64,000 bases of DNA, from positions 17,856,001-17,920,000 of the forward strand of contig JBHGNT010000013.1 in assembly GCA_043228905.1 (NCBI GenBank), given 5' to 3'. Under the pieces are notes generated by a model. That model was given only the letters and a program-made list of their open reading frames with translations. It was not told the DNA's origin and made no database searches. The translations under genes and the position numbers were made by a program. Positions 11,100 to 25,200 of this stretch are shown in pieces. Source of the DNA: Azolla caroliniana (taxonomy: Eukaryota; Plantae; Polypodiophyta). The stretch's first letter is position 1. Each line of letters begins with the position of its first letter.

Positions 11100-12064
11100 A
11101 ATGTCAAGCTGGTAGCAGTAGGTTTACTAGACGATTAGGGAAGGTGAGAAGGTGGCCCAACTGATAGATAAGGCCGTTTATGGATTAGGTAAGTTGAACA
11201 CAGAATAGGGAGTTTGGTCAAGTTGGTTTGTAGGTGAGAGTGATGCACAACTTATCCGTGGCAGGTGCACAACTAATGAGGAGCGTTTGTGGGGTAACCA
11301 AAGTGCATTGACAGATGATGGTACGTGGGTGGCACTGTTGGAGGATAAGAGGTAGAATTGAACCCGAACCCTAAGACACTTGGTCATGATTGTAAAATAT
11401 GGCTTTTCAATAACAAGCCATTATATGGGCGTTGGATACGCCAAAAAAAATAAAGGTTTGGTTGTGGCTTCTTAGCCACAAGGCGGTACCTGTAGGGGAG
11501 TGGTTGAGTTCCCATGGTAGTGAGGCTGGTTGTAAGTTATGTGGACACGCTTTGGAATCAATCTCTCATTGTTTCTAGAATGGTACAGAGACAATTAACA
11601 TTTGGAGTAGAAGCCTCAGAATTGTGGCAACTTGCGATGTGAATGGGAATGTTGTGTGGGGTTCCATACAAGGTCTGACCCTAAATGGGGAAGGTTGGGC
11701 AGAACAGTTAAACCCACAGGGACATGGATTTATAGTGCAGAGTGGTAGCATGTTCCTATGTGATGGGGTGAGACCTTGCACAAATTTTGAATTTTTTTAG
11801 GACATTTGGACCAGGCACTGTAAGTTTGTTTTTCAGCAACAAAAGGTCTCATGCGGTGAGGTGATACTAAATATCTTGTTTGAGCTAGTGGTCTGGTTGC
11901 GTGGACGATATGACTCAATTCATGGGGAATCGGATGAAGCAGAAAGGGCAAGGTCTAAGTTCTTGCTGAAATGGGGTGGTTCTCCCATGATGGTCAAATC
12001 TTCGACGAGGCCTAAGTGGAACTACCAGGCGTCTAGGTGGTTGTTTCAGTTTTGTTGGGGATAA
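11100..12064 (+). mobile_element. L1-like LINE ORF2 3' region, copy 1 (zf-RVT and C-terminus), degenerate
   Basis: WLWLLSHKAVPVGEWL..GCKLCGHALESISHCF (zf-RVT-like) at ~11460-11575; C-terminus WLRGRYDSIHGESD..KWNYQASRWLF. Confidence 0.75.
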
Positions 12065-12109
12065 GGGCCGAGTGAGTTTTGTTGGGTTTTTTGTTGGTTT
12101 TGGAGTTGT

Positions 12110-12730
12110 TCCTCCGTGTTGTATATACTTATCCCATTGTGGATTCGATGGAGTTCGACATGGCACTAACTCAGAATTTTTTGAGGAGATATGGATGATG
12201 GTGTCTTGTTTATCGGTCTGGCACATTTGGACCAACCGTTGTAAATTTGTTTTTCAACAACAAAAGATCCCTAGCGGTGAGGTATTATTAAATATCTGGT
12301 TTGAGTTGGTATCTTGGCTGCGGGGACGATACGACTCAATCAAGGGGGAATCTGATGCAGCTGAAAGATCTCGATCAAAGTTCTTGCTGAAATGGGGTAA
12401 CTCTCCTATGGTGGGCAGATCCTCATCAGGGCCTCAATGGAACTACCAAGCACCCCGATGGCTGTTTCCGGTTTCCAACAGCGTCTAGGTGTTGTAAATC
12501 TGTATAGATATGGTACAAATTATTAGGTTATTGGAGTTGTTTGGATACGTTTGTTGAAAATGAGGTGGGGACTATGTCCACTTTGGTGGGAAGGCCAGAA
12601 TGAGGGCTGGTGAGAAGAACTTTGGGTGTTCTATGATGTAATTTTGTTTGCTAACTAATGCGAAGTAGTGTTTTTTTTTGGAAAATAAAAAATAAAAAAA
12701 TAGTGTTTTTTTTTATGGAAAAAAAAAAGG
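12110..12730 (+). mobile_element. L1-like LINE ORF2 3' region, copy 2, with A-rich tail
   Basis: VWHIWTNRCKFVF..WLRGRYDSIKGESD..QWNYQAPRWLF; A-rich tail at ~12682-12730. Confidence 0.75.
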
Positions 12731-15700
12731 ATTTGTCTCAGAAATAAGTACATACATGCTTGATCACGATTTAAATGTATGACAAGATTTCTATGGTAAC
12801 AATTTCTTGTTGATGTCATTGCCTAGTTAAGTGCATGTCCTTTCCATGAGCAACTTTTACATGACTTTCATTTCTTCAAGTCCTTTCCTAATCTCTTTAT
12901 GATTGCCTCCGATTTGAATATATCCCTCCACATATATTTCAACTTTGTTTTGATTGTTTTTTAGCATTGGACACATATGCAAGTCTAGTAATGTCAATAC
13001 CTTTTGTTTTTGGAACTAGGTAGAACTTGTTTTAAAGAGATTAAACAACACAACATGTGCATTAATACATATGAAATGTGATGATGTGTTTTTTATACGT
13101 AATAAAAGCCAATCCAAAAAGAGTGGAACCTTTTTGGGGCTTGTGAAATTAGAAAATTGATCAGGTTAAACGATTGATTAAATTTTGATCAATTTGAAGG
13201 AAATAACATCTTCTGCATATTCCTACTAACCCATTGAAATTTACAATCTCATCCTTGGCATAATTCTATTCATTGTCTTTGAATTATTCAAGGAGTATTC
13301 AAAGAGATCATCACGACGCCAACATACCATGCATAAAACTACTCATGGTTTATTAGTCATGGTTAATGGAACATTGCAGACAATATAGAAGAAGTTTGTT
13401 GATCCCCACGACAATAGGCTAATGATCTTACTAAAGGCATGTTAAATGATCAACTGAATGTAAAGAAAATTCGCAATCATTTGAGCTCACCAACTAACAA
13501 AACATGATATATGTTCTATGTCAATCTATGATGGAACTTGACTCGCATATGGATCTTCTTCAAATATCTAAACAATGCAAACACAATACACCTTGTGACA
13601 ACTTGGCTGAGTGGGGTGTGGGAAAATGTATTTATAACAAACATATTTTTCCTTCTAACACACACCCAAATTTTGATTGTAATTGGAAAAGCCATTTCAA
13701 TATTAAAGTAACAAGACATGGGACTCCTTGAATCCACAAGGATATGGATCCCTCTCCATGATTGGTCAAGGGTGTTACCAAAGTATTTGAACAACTTGTG
13801 TAGTGTTTTTTATTATCCTTGAGTCATGCTCAACAACAAACTCCACACAGACACACTTTTTTTAACATTAACATTATTAGCATACTACATAACTATTGCC
13901 GTTCAACTCATTTTCCCGATTGGTCATGTAAACAAATATTAGGGTATGTAAAGGTGGGACACCACTAAACTTACTTGCATAAAAATACGTATGTATAATT
14001 TCAAACATTCTTTGCCCTTGGGAAACATATGATAATTTATTCGATTGATATGTTTTAAAATGAAATGCTCATGTCTTAGTTGTTTATGTCGTTTATTTCC
14101 ACTAATACATTATACTTTATCATTGTTTAAAGTGTTACGTGTATTGAACTCGTATAATTGGATAATGATAAAGACAATTTGTCATGGGAAGTTTTATTAA
14201 AATATCCTTATATGTATCTGAAACTTCATTAGTTGGGTGTCGCTTCTTACCAACATTACCTAGACATAGAATAACCTAGTTAAACTAAGTTGGGCTCCCT
14301 AGTCACATGGAAATAATGAGCTCCAATCACTTAATTATTTATTATATATATTCGTGATGCTAAGACGACTAATACGCGATCATTAAGAAATGAGTTGTCA
14401 TCATTACAATATTTAATGACCAATTGCTCTTTATTAGAAAATGAGCATGTCGTGGTTTGCTATATTAGAAACTTAAATTTGTTAACGACCCTTCTAATAA
14501 ATAAAATGGTTATGCAATATTTGAGATAATTAGAAGTGAAATTTGACGAATAATGTATATCTTTAATTTTGAACTTAAGCATACATTTTTTTAACAGTTT
14601 CACGGTACATAGAAACATATTTTACTAACCTTCAATGTAAGCATTATGTTCATTCCACATGACCACAAGTTCTTCAAATAATTTAATTGAGGGTCCCTCT
14701 GTAATTTTCTTTACTCTAGTGATGAGCTATTTAGGTTTAACACAAAGAGATAATCATGCCACATGATCACGATTATGATCTCCATGTATTTCCGACTTGA
14801 GCACAATTATGACTTCCATTCTAGGGAATTTTATCACAATATGCTTCTAGTTCTTCAAGTAATTTGGTGAGGAGTTTGATTGAGGATCTCTCTTTAATTT
14901 TCTTTGCTCTAGTGATAAGCAATTTAAGTTTTTTGAGTCAAGGTTTTGCGTCCAAAGGGCCGAAACTCTCGAAACATACACACCTTACATCACTTCAAAG
15001 ACTTCAACTTGAAGCAATAACCTCAAAGTCTTTAAACAATTAAAGTAAACATCTTAACTATGGGATGATCATAGATCACATCTTTATTTTACTAATTATC
15101 TCTTCTTCTAAACTACATACCATGTCAGTTAACTAACAACCTCGCAAAATGAATTGACACAATGTTATGGTGGGTAAGGAATTCTACCACATCTCTCATA
15201 TTTTGCAATGAAAAGCAAGTAAAAACTTTGGCATTTGTGGGCTAACTTATAACCCCTTGTTTCTTTGATGTTCTCCCAATGAGAATCGTACCGAATTGCA
15301 TATCATGTCCCACTTCGCCTTGCAACTAGAGCGCATCACATCAAACAATTAGGCAAATGCGACGGAAATGGTTCTTTTTCTGATGCAAGGAAAACTTCTC
15401 TTCTTGAAGCAAGGAAATGTGCATCTACGACCTAGTCAATTCTCTCTCTCTCTCTCTCTCTTTTCAAATGATATTATATTCACTCTAATAAATGGACCCT
15501 AGCATACATGATGCTTATGTATGGTTACAAAAGCATCAAGCTTCATGAATACCTCAAGACTCCATCAATATAAGAAGTATATATAATATACATATAGATA
15601 ATTAAAGTAAAAGAAACATTAGGCCTTCACATTTCACCTCTCTAGACTAAGTGAATCATCTCTTTTTGTTCATTTGTCAATGGAATTTTTCCTCCATCGT

Positions 15701-17997
15701 GGAAATCTACATCATGGGAAGTGGAGATATATGTATATATATTGTCCCGTAGCTTTAGCCATGTCATTGCTATGTACACGCTTTGTAGCAATTGATGCGG
15801 TAGATGTGTGATAGTGTGTGTGTGTGTGTGTGTGATCATGGCATTTATATTTTCTTAGTCCAACACCTTTAGGCATGCATATAGCACGAATTGAAGTAGG
15901 TATTGTAGCACGAATTGAAGTAGGTATTGCGTCTTTCTTAAGGATGAATTATGTGTAATGGTTTATCTTTTCAAACATTGGAGTACGTCAATTATTAAAG
16001 CATCTTTCTTAATAGATTTTGCGTATCGACAACCTCTTGTATAGTGGAAAGGGCAAGCTACACTAGAGACATAACTAAAGTATTAGAATTTGTAATTCCC
16101 TATTAGGTGGATGCGATGGGTGTCAAATCTGCAACATTAAAACCTTCATACTATTTCAAATTATTTGAGATCCCTCATTATGTAAACTCCTTTTGTGCCA
16201 TGCATTGTAATTTCACATGACAAATCATTGGAAACTTAAGGCTAACCAAAACTTTTGTGGAAGATCCTTGTTTGGTTCTTTTTTTATGTGATCCTATTAT
16301 ACCATGAGAATAGTCAATCCTTGAGATTCAAAATTCCCCTGCTGAAAGCAATTTGAAATCAAGATATACACGCAAGAGCACAATCTAAAAACATTATGTT
16401 TATATATACATGTATAGTTCAATCTAACAATGATGAAAAACACTTGAATTTTAAAGATATAAATGATATGGTGCAACGATAAACTTTGTTCTTTGCAAAC
16501 TTTGCTGATGTCTTAGTAATGTTGTACGTTGTAGTTAAAAATGACATGGACTAACAATTTGGTCTTGAAAATCTGGCTTTATAAATCACTTGCCAAAGTC
16601 CCAAGGGTCGTGAGCAATAGTGTTGCCTTATGGCAATGCAATAACAATTCACATTCATTGCACGTAAAGACTACTATGGAATCCCCATACTCGATGAATT
16701 ATCTACACTTGATTTTTGGTATGACCATTAATATCACGTTCATTACAAACAATGACATAGCCACTGCAGGCATTTTATTATTTACTTGAATCATGGCAAT
16801 AAAAGTCATTGTCTTTGATTATTTATTCCCTTCAATAATCATTTTGTATAAGATTCCTTTACCGAATGCGTTGAATTGCACATGGTCATCAAACATAGCA
16901 TTTTCTAGTGGTCTAACATGAGGTTGTAAGAAGAGGAAACTCTATAGACAATAGCTAATACTATAGGGGGTATAGGAGTGCGCAATAATTTCGATGGTGG
17001 AACACAAATTTCATGATGCTCTAAGGAGACGAAACATTTGGCATCATAAATTCACTTGAGGTTAACAAAGGAAATATTCTTCTAAAGGAAATATGAACTC
17101 AAGGATGATGATCAAGGCATGATATATTGGTGTGTTTATAGAAGCCAACAATATTGAAAGCTTACGTGAAGTCTAACATCAAATTATATTTACATGTGAT
17201 AAATCAAAAGCCAAATGAATGACAAAACCTTATTTCAAGCAAATCTCCTTCCTCAAAAGGGCATTTTGGTAAATTCTCTTTTAAAAAACATATGCCCACA
17301 TCAATATGATATGCCCAATGGGTCTTGCCTACCCAAACAAAGGGTTATGGTTTGCTTTTCACATTGATGATGGAGAAGACTAAGCCATTGAAATATTTAT
17401 TGCTTCGCAAACTTCTTGAGTGCACAGAAATTGCTGAGGTTCTAATGTTCTGGTTACCCATAGGATATTATAACATGGATTTACTATTCAAATTACACAT
17501 AGCTCCGTCTTGGTCACGATATACCTTTAAGCTTTTTAGATTGGGGGGGTTAGAAGGCAATGGGTGGTTCATTTGATTCTGTCAAGCGAAAACATTTTTA
17601 CATGGCCAAGGATACTTTCCACACATAAATGCATCTCCCTAATATAAAATTCTTTATTGGATTGTAAACATGTCACCATTCAAGTTGTTGATAAATGAGG
17701 GTGGTTGGTTGATCGACGTGATTTACTCGACTTGCATATGGAAATTGTGCTTATATATTTAAGTCAACTCGATCTAGAAAGCTTGATGCAATGGTACCAT
17801 GCAACAAGTGGGTGGTTAAAACTAACAAAGCGCTCCAAATATTTGAAAATATGCAACAAGTATGGGAATCGTGCGGGTCTTGGTAACATCCCAGAAAGTT
17901 TCCATAGCTTGAGAGAGGTCTCCCGAATGAAAAGTTTGTGAAGAAATATTATCTAACATGTAGTGTATCTCTCTATCTCTCTTTATCGTAATTAGCT

Positions 17998-18175
17998 TAC
18001 CCTAGTGGTAAGTTGTTACACTATTAACACTATGTCTTGGATTTGAAACCCAATTTCTCACCTCTATATTATTCCATATATGTCTCTCAATTTTACTAGA
18101 TGTCACTATGGAATGTAGGGGTTGAACCCACAACCTCCAAGTCTCCATTGGGGAACCTTACCGACTGAGCTACAT
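17998..18175. repeat. Convergent pair of tRNA-derived (SINE-head-like) sequences
   Basis: Minus strand 18172-18118: TAGCTCAGTCGG (A box) ... GGTTCAACCCC (B box). Plus strand 17998-18051: degenerate TACCCTAGTGG ... GGATTTGAAACCC. Flanked by CT-rich tracts. Confidence 0.55.
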
Positions 18176-18914
18176 CTATTTGGGCTCTGTCTGTCTATCT
18201 GTCTCTCTCTCTCTCACACACATGAATGCATGCACGTACACACATAATACTAATATTGTCACATCAACCGAACATATTTTGGCACTTACAAGGAAATGGC
18301 GGGACACACTAGCCACATCTTCTCACTTCCATATAAATTAATGTTCTTGGCTAGTAGTTGGACAATGCTTCCCACCATCAATTACTAAACACACACACAC
18401 AACAACCTCGCACAACTCGTCAGTTTAAGACACATCGGATTTCACCTCTTAGGCACATATGTACATGTTTGTGTGTGTGCTATCTACTCTTTTAAGTTGG
18501 ATGTTATGGAAAGACGTTAAGTACAAGAGTGATGTTATGATAATATGCGAGCCACGTGTGGTGACTGTGCCTTGCATCAACAATGGCGAGTGTATTTATT
18601 TCGATAGAGTCAATTTTTCGGTTCCCCTGTGGGTCATGCTCCGGGTCTTTTTGACTCCACAAACATGTCATCATAATTTGACTTCTTATCCACTCAGTTT
18701 TTTTGGTTTGTCCCACCACCACCTACATATCCACCCACCCACTTTAGAGAAGTAATGCTCGGCGATAGTACTAAAATATTTAGCTTCAAAATCGAAATGT
18801 CAAGCCACACGTCGAGGAGGCCGATTTCATGTTGGTGAACTCAGAAGACATTCGTTGACAATTGAAGAAAGTTTGTATGAAAATACGTTTTGGACACTTT
18901 CAAGCTCTTTCCAA

Positions 18915-18952
<38 letters not shown>

Positions 18953-19429
18953 TGGTAAACCCTCTCTCTCTCTCTCTCTATGTATGTTTATATTAAAACA
19001 ACATGATAATACAAAAAAACCTTGCTATCAAAACTACGTCAAAGGTAGCGACGTGGCAAGGGCAACCTTCTAAGGTGCTACAATACAAAACGAGACAAAT
19101 GTAACTCATTTGGGGACAAAGTTCCCATACAACATAACTGTGAAAATTGCCAAATCAACTTTCCTCTTATCCTACATATATGTTGAGATACTCTAGAAAG
19201 CCCATCAAATAATAAACCATTCCGCAAGTTCTAAATATACCACATGCCCAAGTACCGCAAATAATCAAACACAAACTTATACTCTGGGGATGGTAAAACT
19301 CTATCACCTTCGTTGAAAACCCATTGAAAAGGTGACAAACCATTTCCAATTAATGAACCCCACAGTTGTGATATGCCTATCCATATACTTTTAGTAGTAG
19401 GGCAAGATATAAACCTGTGTCGAGAATCA

Positions 19430-19489
19430 TGAACACGGACACAGACACGAACACGGACACGAACACGAACATGAACGCAAACATGAACG

Positions 19490-19556
<67 letters not shown>
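19430..19556. repeat. (GAACAC)n hexanucleotide microsatellite
   Basis: About 20 units, perfect in the right half and degenerate in the left half. Confidence 0.95.
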
Positions 19557-19685
19557 CGACAGGGGGGTGAATCAATTACTCTGCAAACACGTGGCTAGCC
19601 ACCAAAAGGAACGGTTAAAGTAGAGAAAAGCAGAATGCGCGAAGCAAGGAGAGAAGAAAAGCAGAATGCGGGAAGCCGGAAAAGC

Positions 19686-19932
19686 GAAAAGCTAGATTTC
19701 TCGCTAAAACAACGCGTTTCGTGTGTAAAAAAATGTGTGCGCCCAGGAAAGCAGAAAAGCAGAAAAGCAAAAAGCTAGATTTCTCGCTAAAACAACGCGT
19801 TTTGTGTGTAAAAATGTGTGCACCCAGGAAAGCAGGGAAGCAGGAAAAGCAGAAAAGCAGAAAAGCAGAAAAGCAAAAGCTAGATTTCTGCTAAAACAAC
19901 GCGTTTTGTGTGTAAAAAAAAATGTATGGGCC
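19686..19932. repeat. Three tandem ~85-105-bp units upstream of the SEC14 gene
   Basis: aaagctagatttctcgctaaaacaacgcgtttt(g)tgtgtaaaaaatgtg.. x3, separated by GCAGAAAA repeats. Confidence 0.85.
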
Positions 19933-20613
19933 CTTCCTTCTTGCCATTCACTCCCTCCCTCTTTTTTCTCTTTCCGTACTCTTTTCTTCTGCTTCATTTC
20001 CGTTCAGTCACTCGATCTGTGTCGCAGAAAGCTCTCTGATTTGGTAAGCTATATAGTAGCTATGGTGGGGTGGACCTCCTCTCATTTGGGCTCCCAAAAA
20101 ACTCTCTGATTTTGCTTGCCTTTCCCTTTTCTCCGAATCAGATCTACTGCAGAATTTAGGCTGCTTCTTGATCTAAGACCATAAGAAAGCAGAGGAATCT
20201 TGGAGCTCCCATTTTTTCCTTTATCGTTTCTCCGTCTTCATTCTTCATTTACTTCCTCTCTCTTTTTTTTTTTCCTGTTTGTCTTTTTCGTCTTCGTCTT
20301 CTTCTCCTTCCTTTTCATCTTCTTCCGTTTTTCACTCTTCATTCTTCTCCATTTTCCATCCATCCATCCATCCATTCATTCATTCATTCCCTCCTTCTTC
20401 TCACTCTTCATTCATTCATTCATCATCTTTCTTCTTCTTCCCGTTTATTTTTCATTTCCCACTCAGAGACTAGATCATATATCGATCAGCCAGATCAAAC
20501 CCTACCTTTTTTTTTTATCTCATCTGATAAATTAAGCTGCTTCTTCTTCTTCTTCTCTCTCTGGTTATGGCTGATCATCTGCCCTGATCAGTACACTTTC
20601 TTTGGAAACTTCA

Positions 20614-22170
20614 ATGGAATCTGTTCCTCCATCTCTGCTCGTGGAGCTCAAAGAACTCATCACTCAAGGTATATATATATATTTGTGTGTATATTCTCTG
20701 ACAACCCATCTCTTCTTTTGAAGTTCAAATGACAACCCATTTCTCTGATTATCGACTTGTTTAAAAATAGTATATTAATCTGAGAATCCTTCATCTTTGT
20801 AGTGTTAGTCCGAGAACCCTATTCCGTTGCTTACTTGATCTGTGAGCAGGGTTTAAGGGGTAATCTGTGAGCTATATTATGTTAAACTGGGAGCAATGGT
20901 ATGGTCGTCTGTGTCTGGGAATGCTATCTTAATCCAGAAATCCCTTCGATACCCTTTTATTAAGTAAATCAATGAGAAACATTATATTAAATTTGTGGTC
21001 AAAATCTGAGATCCCAACTCACTAATGTTAATTATTTGGCCAACCAATTTTGTGTCAACATGTAAGCAATATTAAATTATACAATATGTTAGCTGTAAAT
21101 ATGGTAATCTAAGATATCATATCTTCTATTTGGTTTTGCCTTCATATTATGTTGATATATGAAAGCTCACCTCTTTTGAGTTGTTTTGAACCATGGGTAA
21201 TACTACTATATTAACATACCTTCTCATTCACGCAGCTGCTGCAAAGGATGATCAGATAGCCTCTTCCTTTGAGGTAATAACATCTCTATATGTCTGTGTA
21301 AATCACAAGTAATGTGCATAAACATATAGTTTTCTGACGGGAGTCAAATATGGCACATGGTTTGATGCTCCTATTGCAGATCGATATCACGTTTTTTTTT
21401 GGTTTGGTCTGCCTATAGCAGGCCTATATCACCTTTTTTCATGTAAATTAAAAGAAATGCGCAAGATACTCATGGTTTGATCCTCCTCTTGAGATCAATG
21501 CCACATTATTTTATGTGCGTGTATGCATACATACACACGATTTTTCCATAGCTGATTGATAGCACACCTATTTTATGTGAATATCAAAAAGAAATGTACA
21601 GATATGTTTTCTTTCCTATAGGAGATCAATATCACATCTTTTCCATGTGTGCTTCGCGAAGGAATTTGCATATACACAATTCCTGTGCCAGATAAATCCA
21701 CCTATTCTCGAAAGTGTTCGTAACTTGTGTATTTGGATAGATATGCATATATCTGGTTTGGTTTCCTATGGAAGATCAAAGTTGAGTCTTTTTTATGTGA
21801 CCAATTAGAAATTCTTGTATATATATAGATAGTTATATCCTCCATAGCGAATCAATATCACATCTTTTTAGTGTGCAGATCTAATCTAAAAGAAATCTTC
21901 ATATACACTTGTGTTTGTCCGCATAATACATCACATTTTTCATGTCTGGAGAAAAAAGGAAATGTACGTGTACACACGGTTTGATTTCCCATCTTTGCTC
22001 ATCTAATATATGCATGCGTATGTCTTTTTAATGTGCAGAGTCTAAAAGAAATATTCATATAAAACCTGTATTTGACGTCTGTAAAATTTAGTGTACATTT
22101 GGTTGGATATCGCATTGGTGTTCATCTAATATATGCATATGTATATCATTTGTGATATACATCAATATCT

Positions 22171-22206
<36 letters not shown>

Positions 22207-25200
22207 GATAGATATCTGTATGCATGTATGTATATATATGTATATATCTCCTTATGTAATGCTCTGTTTCTTGGGTATCACCACAGGTCCTGCATCAGGG
22301 ATATCCTGATCAAACCCTTGAAAGATTCTTGAAAGCTCGTGAAAATAATGTTCCAAAGGCCTTGAAGATGGTATATACAATTTCAGTCCTTTCAAGCATG
22401 CATGAATGATGTGCAACGCCCGTCTTCTGTGAAGATATTAATGGAAGACCCTGTTTCCAGGTTTTGGATTGCTTGAATTGGAGGATAAAGAATGACATCG
22501 ACAACATCCTCTCTGTAAGAAGAACAGGATTAATGCTCTTCTTCCTCCATGCACATTCAAAGATAATAGTATCACTAAAAACATGATAAGATTGGTGCAT
22601 TTTAAATATATTGCTGAGATAGATAGATAGGTTTTATTACCAACCTCCTGGGTGGTCAAATATGACTTATGGAACCAAAAATGGAACATTTTCACGTAGA
22701 GTACATGTGGAGTTGAGTCACGATTCTCTATGTTGAACCATTTTACGAATGAGAGGGAGAAGAAATAAAGAGAATAGTGTCTCAGTGGAGGCCAAAGCGG
22801 CCTATGAGACCCATACATGTTCCAAACATAATGTCGTGTAATATGTCATCCACACAAAAAGAAAAGCTCATTGGGGTGACTGTAAACTAAACCTGAAATG
22901 TAATCTAGTATGTAAATGGAAGGGCCACTATATTATGATCATGAATATCAAAGCATCTTTGTGCTATAAAAACAATCTAATCCTACAGAGTGAGAGAGAT
23001 TTGATTTAATACTCCAATGTCATTTCCATGAAACTTTAGGAATACCAAGATTTGGGTTAATAATCCAATCTCATTGCCTTGAAGTTTTAGAAAGAAAGAT
23101 GCTATATATTTTATGTACATGGATCTTTTGCATTTGTTTCAATAACTTCCATATCATTAAATGTAACTAACTCTTATACAGAAACCAATTCAACCAAAAG
23201 AGACATATGATGCCATACGGGACTCGCAACTTATTGGAGTGACTGGTTATTGCAAAATGGTAAGCTAACAGGTTCACAGGTTCAAATATATTAGAATATT
23301 TTGGCAACTTACTTGCATCGCTCCATTCTTTCTGCAATGGAACACACACATTGTACATCTGACTGTATTATAAGTTAATTCTATCTCTCAAAAGTATACA
23401 ACTAAAGGTCCCTTAGAAACAATAAAGTTATCTATGACTAAATGACAAATATGAGTTGAGATGGTTTGTTTTTTATTCGTATGCCAGTGAAATAATGCAG
23501 CATAAGCACATTGTCTTATATTTAATTTCTTTTACCAATCCCTTCAATGGCAATCTCAAATGAGAATCTTGGTGAAATTTCTTACTCTATGGATGTAGCA
23601 TTAAAATATCTTTAATTACAACCTGTAGCTGAAGTTTCTTTCTATATAGTTGCATCATCTTTCTGATATTTTTATGCTTTCAAATTTGGTACCTAGAATA
23701 ATAATGGTGGTTATGTATAAATGTAATACGTTCTTTTTTCTATTGTGCTAAAAGCTTTGGATATATATAGGGTCGCCCTGTATTTGCAATTGGTGTGGGA
23801 CTCAGTGGCTACGACAAAGCGCCTGTAAGTCTGTCTTCGTTAGTCTTTGATAGATACATATGTGTACATGATGGTGCAATAACATTTATGGAACTTTGGT
23901 TTTGTTTTTCTGTTTTTTTTGCACATGATAGGTAGATAAGTATGTACAGTCCCATATACAAATTAACGAGTATCGTGATCGTATCCTACTGGTAAGAATA
24001 TTTTGTAATCAACCTAAGATTTTCTTATAATTGGTGAATTGATCTCGAATAATGACATGCATTGTAGTGTTTTCTGCTAACTAATCATAGAATAGATGCA
24101 TTCTTAACTTTTTATAGCTTATCTTTTGTGTGTGTGTGTATGTATTCTTAACCTTTTTTTATAGCTGATCTTGTGTATGCATACATACATACATATATAT
24201 ATGGTCAGCCGCGAGCAAGTGAGAAGAATGGTCGATATGTTGGAACGTGTTTAAAAATACTTGACATGAGCAACCTAAAATTGTCCGCTCTCAATAGATT
24301 GAAGGTTATATATACCTTTCCATTTCAACATATAAATCCTTTATTTATGTTATTTCCATCTCGCTATGTATTTCACTTCACATCATGTTGTTTTCCTAAC
24401 ATCATTGTTATCCTATTTTTATTTGTTATTACTACCTTTGGATACTCAGATTTTAACCATTATTTCCACCGTTGATGACTTAAACTACCCTGAGAAGACA
24501 GATGTTTATTTCATTGTTAATGCTCCATACATATTCTCCGCGTGTTGGAAGGTTAGTGAAAACAAACAAACAGATTTGCTCATATATTTCTATTTTCATT
24601 TTACAAATGCGATGAAAAAACTGATTACTGTTAGTTATGTCTACTGATCTTAACATTGAGGTGGAAATATGAGAGAGCCAATTGGGTCATTGTTAAGATT
24701 GTTTTCAAACCATGATGTGGCATGTAGTTTACAGGTGATATTGGTATTACATAGCCGTGTAAAAAGTAGGGATCATATCCAGGATCTTGTGTTGATGGCT
24801 TTAGTACTCTGGCAGTTTCTTGAAGACTTGCCTCTGATGAAAAACTAGCAGTATTGTGAGACGCTTTTGTCCTTCCTAGTATGATAGGTTCATAGAAAAT
24901 TCACCTCTTCAAGACACGATGCATCTTTTGCACCTGTTATAATTCAATGAGCTCTTTGGGTGAAGAAACATTAACTATTTCATCATCCAATGCTAAACTT
25001 GCAATGTTTAAGTGCCAAAACTTATGATATGATAAGCCCAAGTTAGGGGAGATAGTAAATAGAAAAAAAAGCCTTTCCACATCACTTTCTCTTTGATTAG
25101 AATAAAAAATGGTTGTGTCTGACAGATGGGTGTACATTTCCTTACTCAACCCATGGTTAGATTCATAGTGGAACTGCTGGATTTACTATCAAAATAAATT

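Noticed and set aside
12800-17950. Possible decayed DNA-transposon coding sequence
   Set aside because: Looks like old TE debris, but no diagnostic motif or terminus could be identified by eye.
19231-20535. ORFs with VRVRVR, TNTNTN or poly-F/S tracts
   Set aside because: Translations of microsatellites and the pyrimidine-rich leader.
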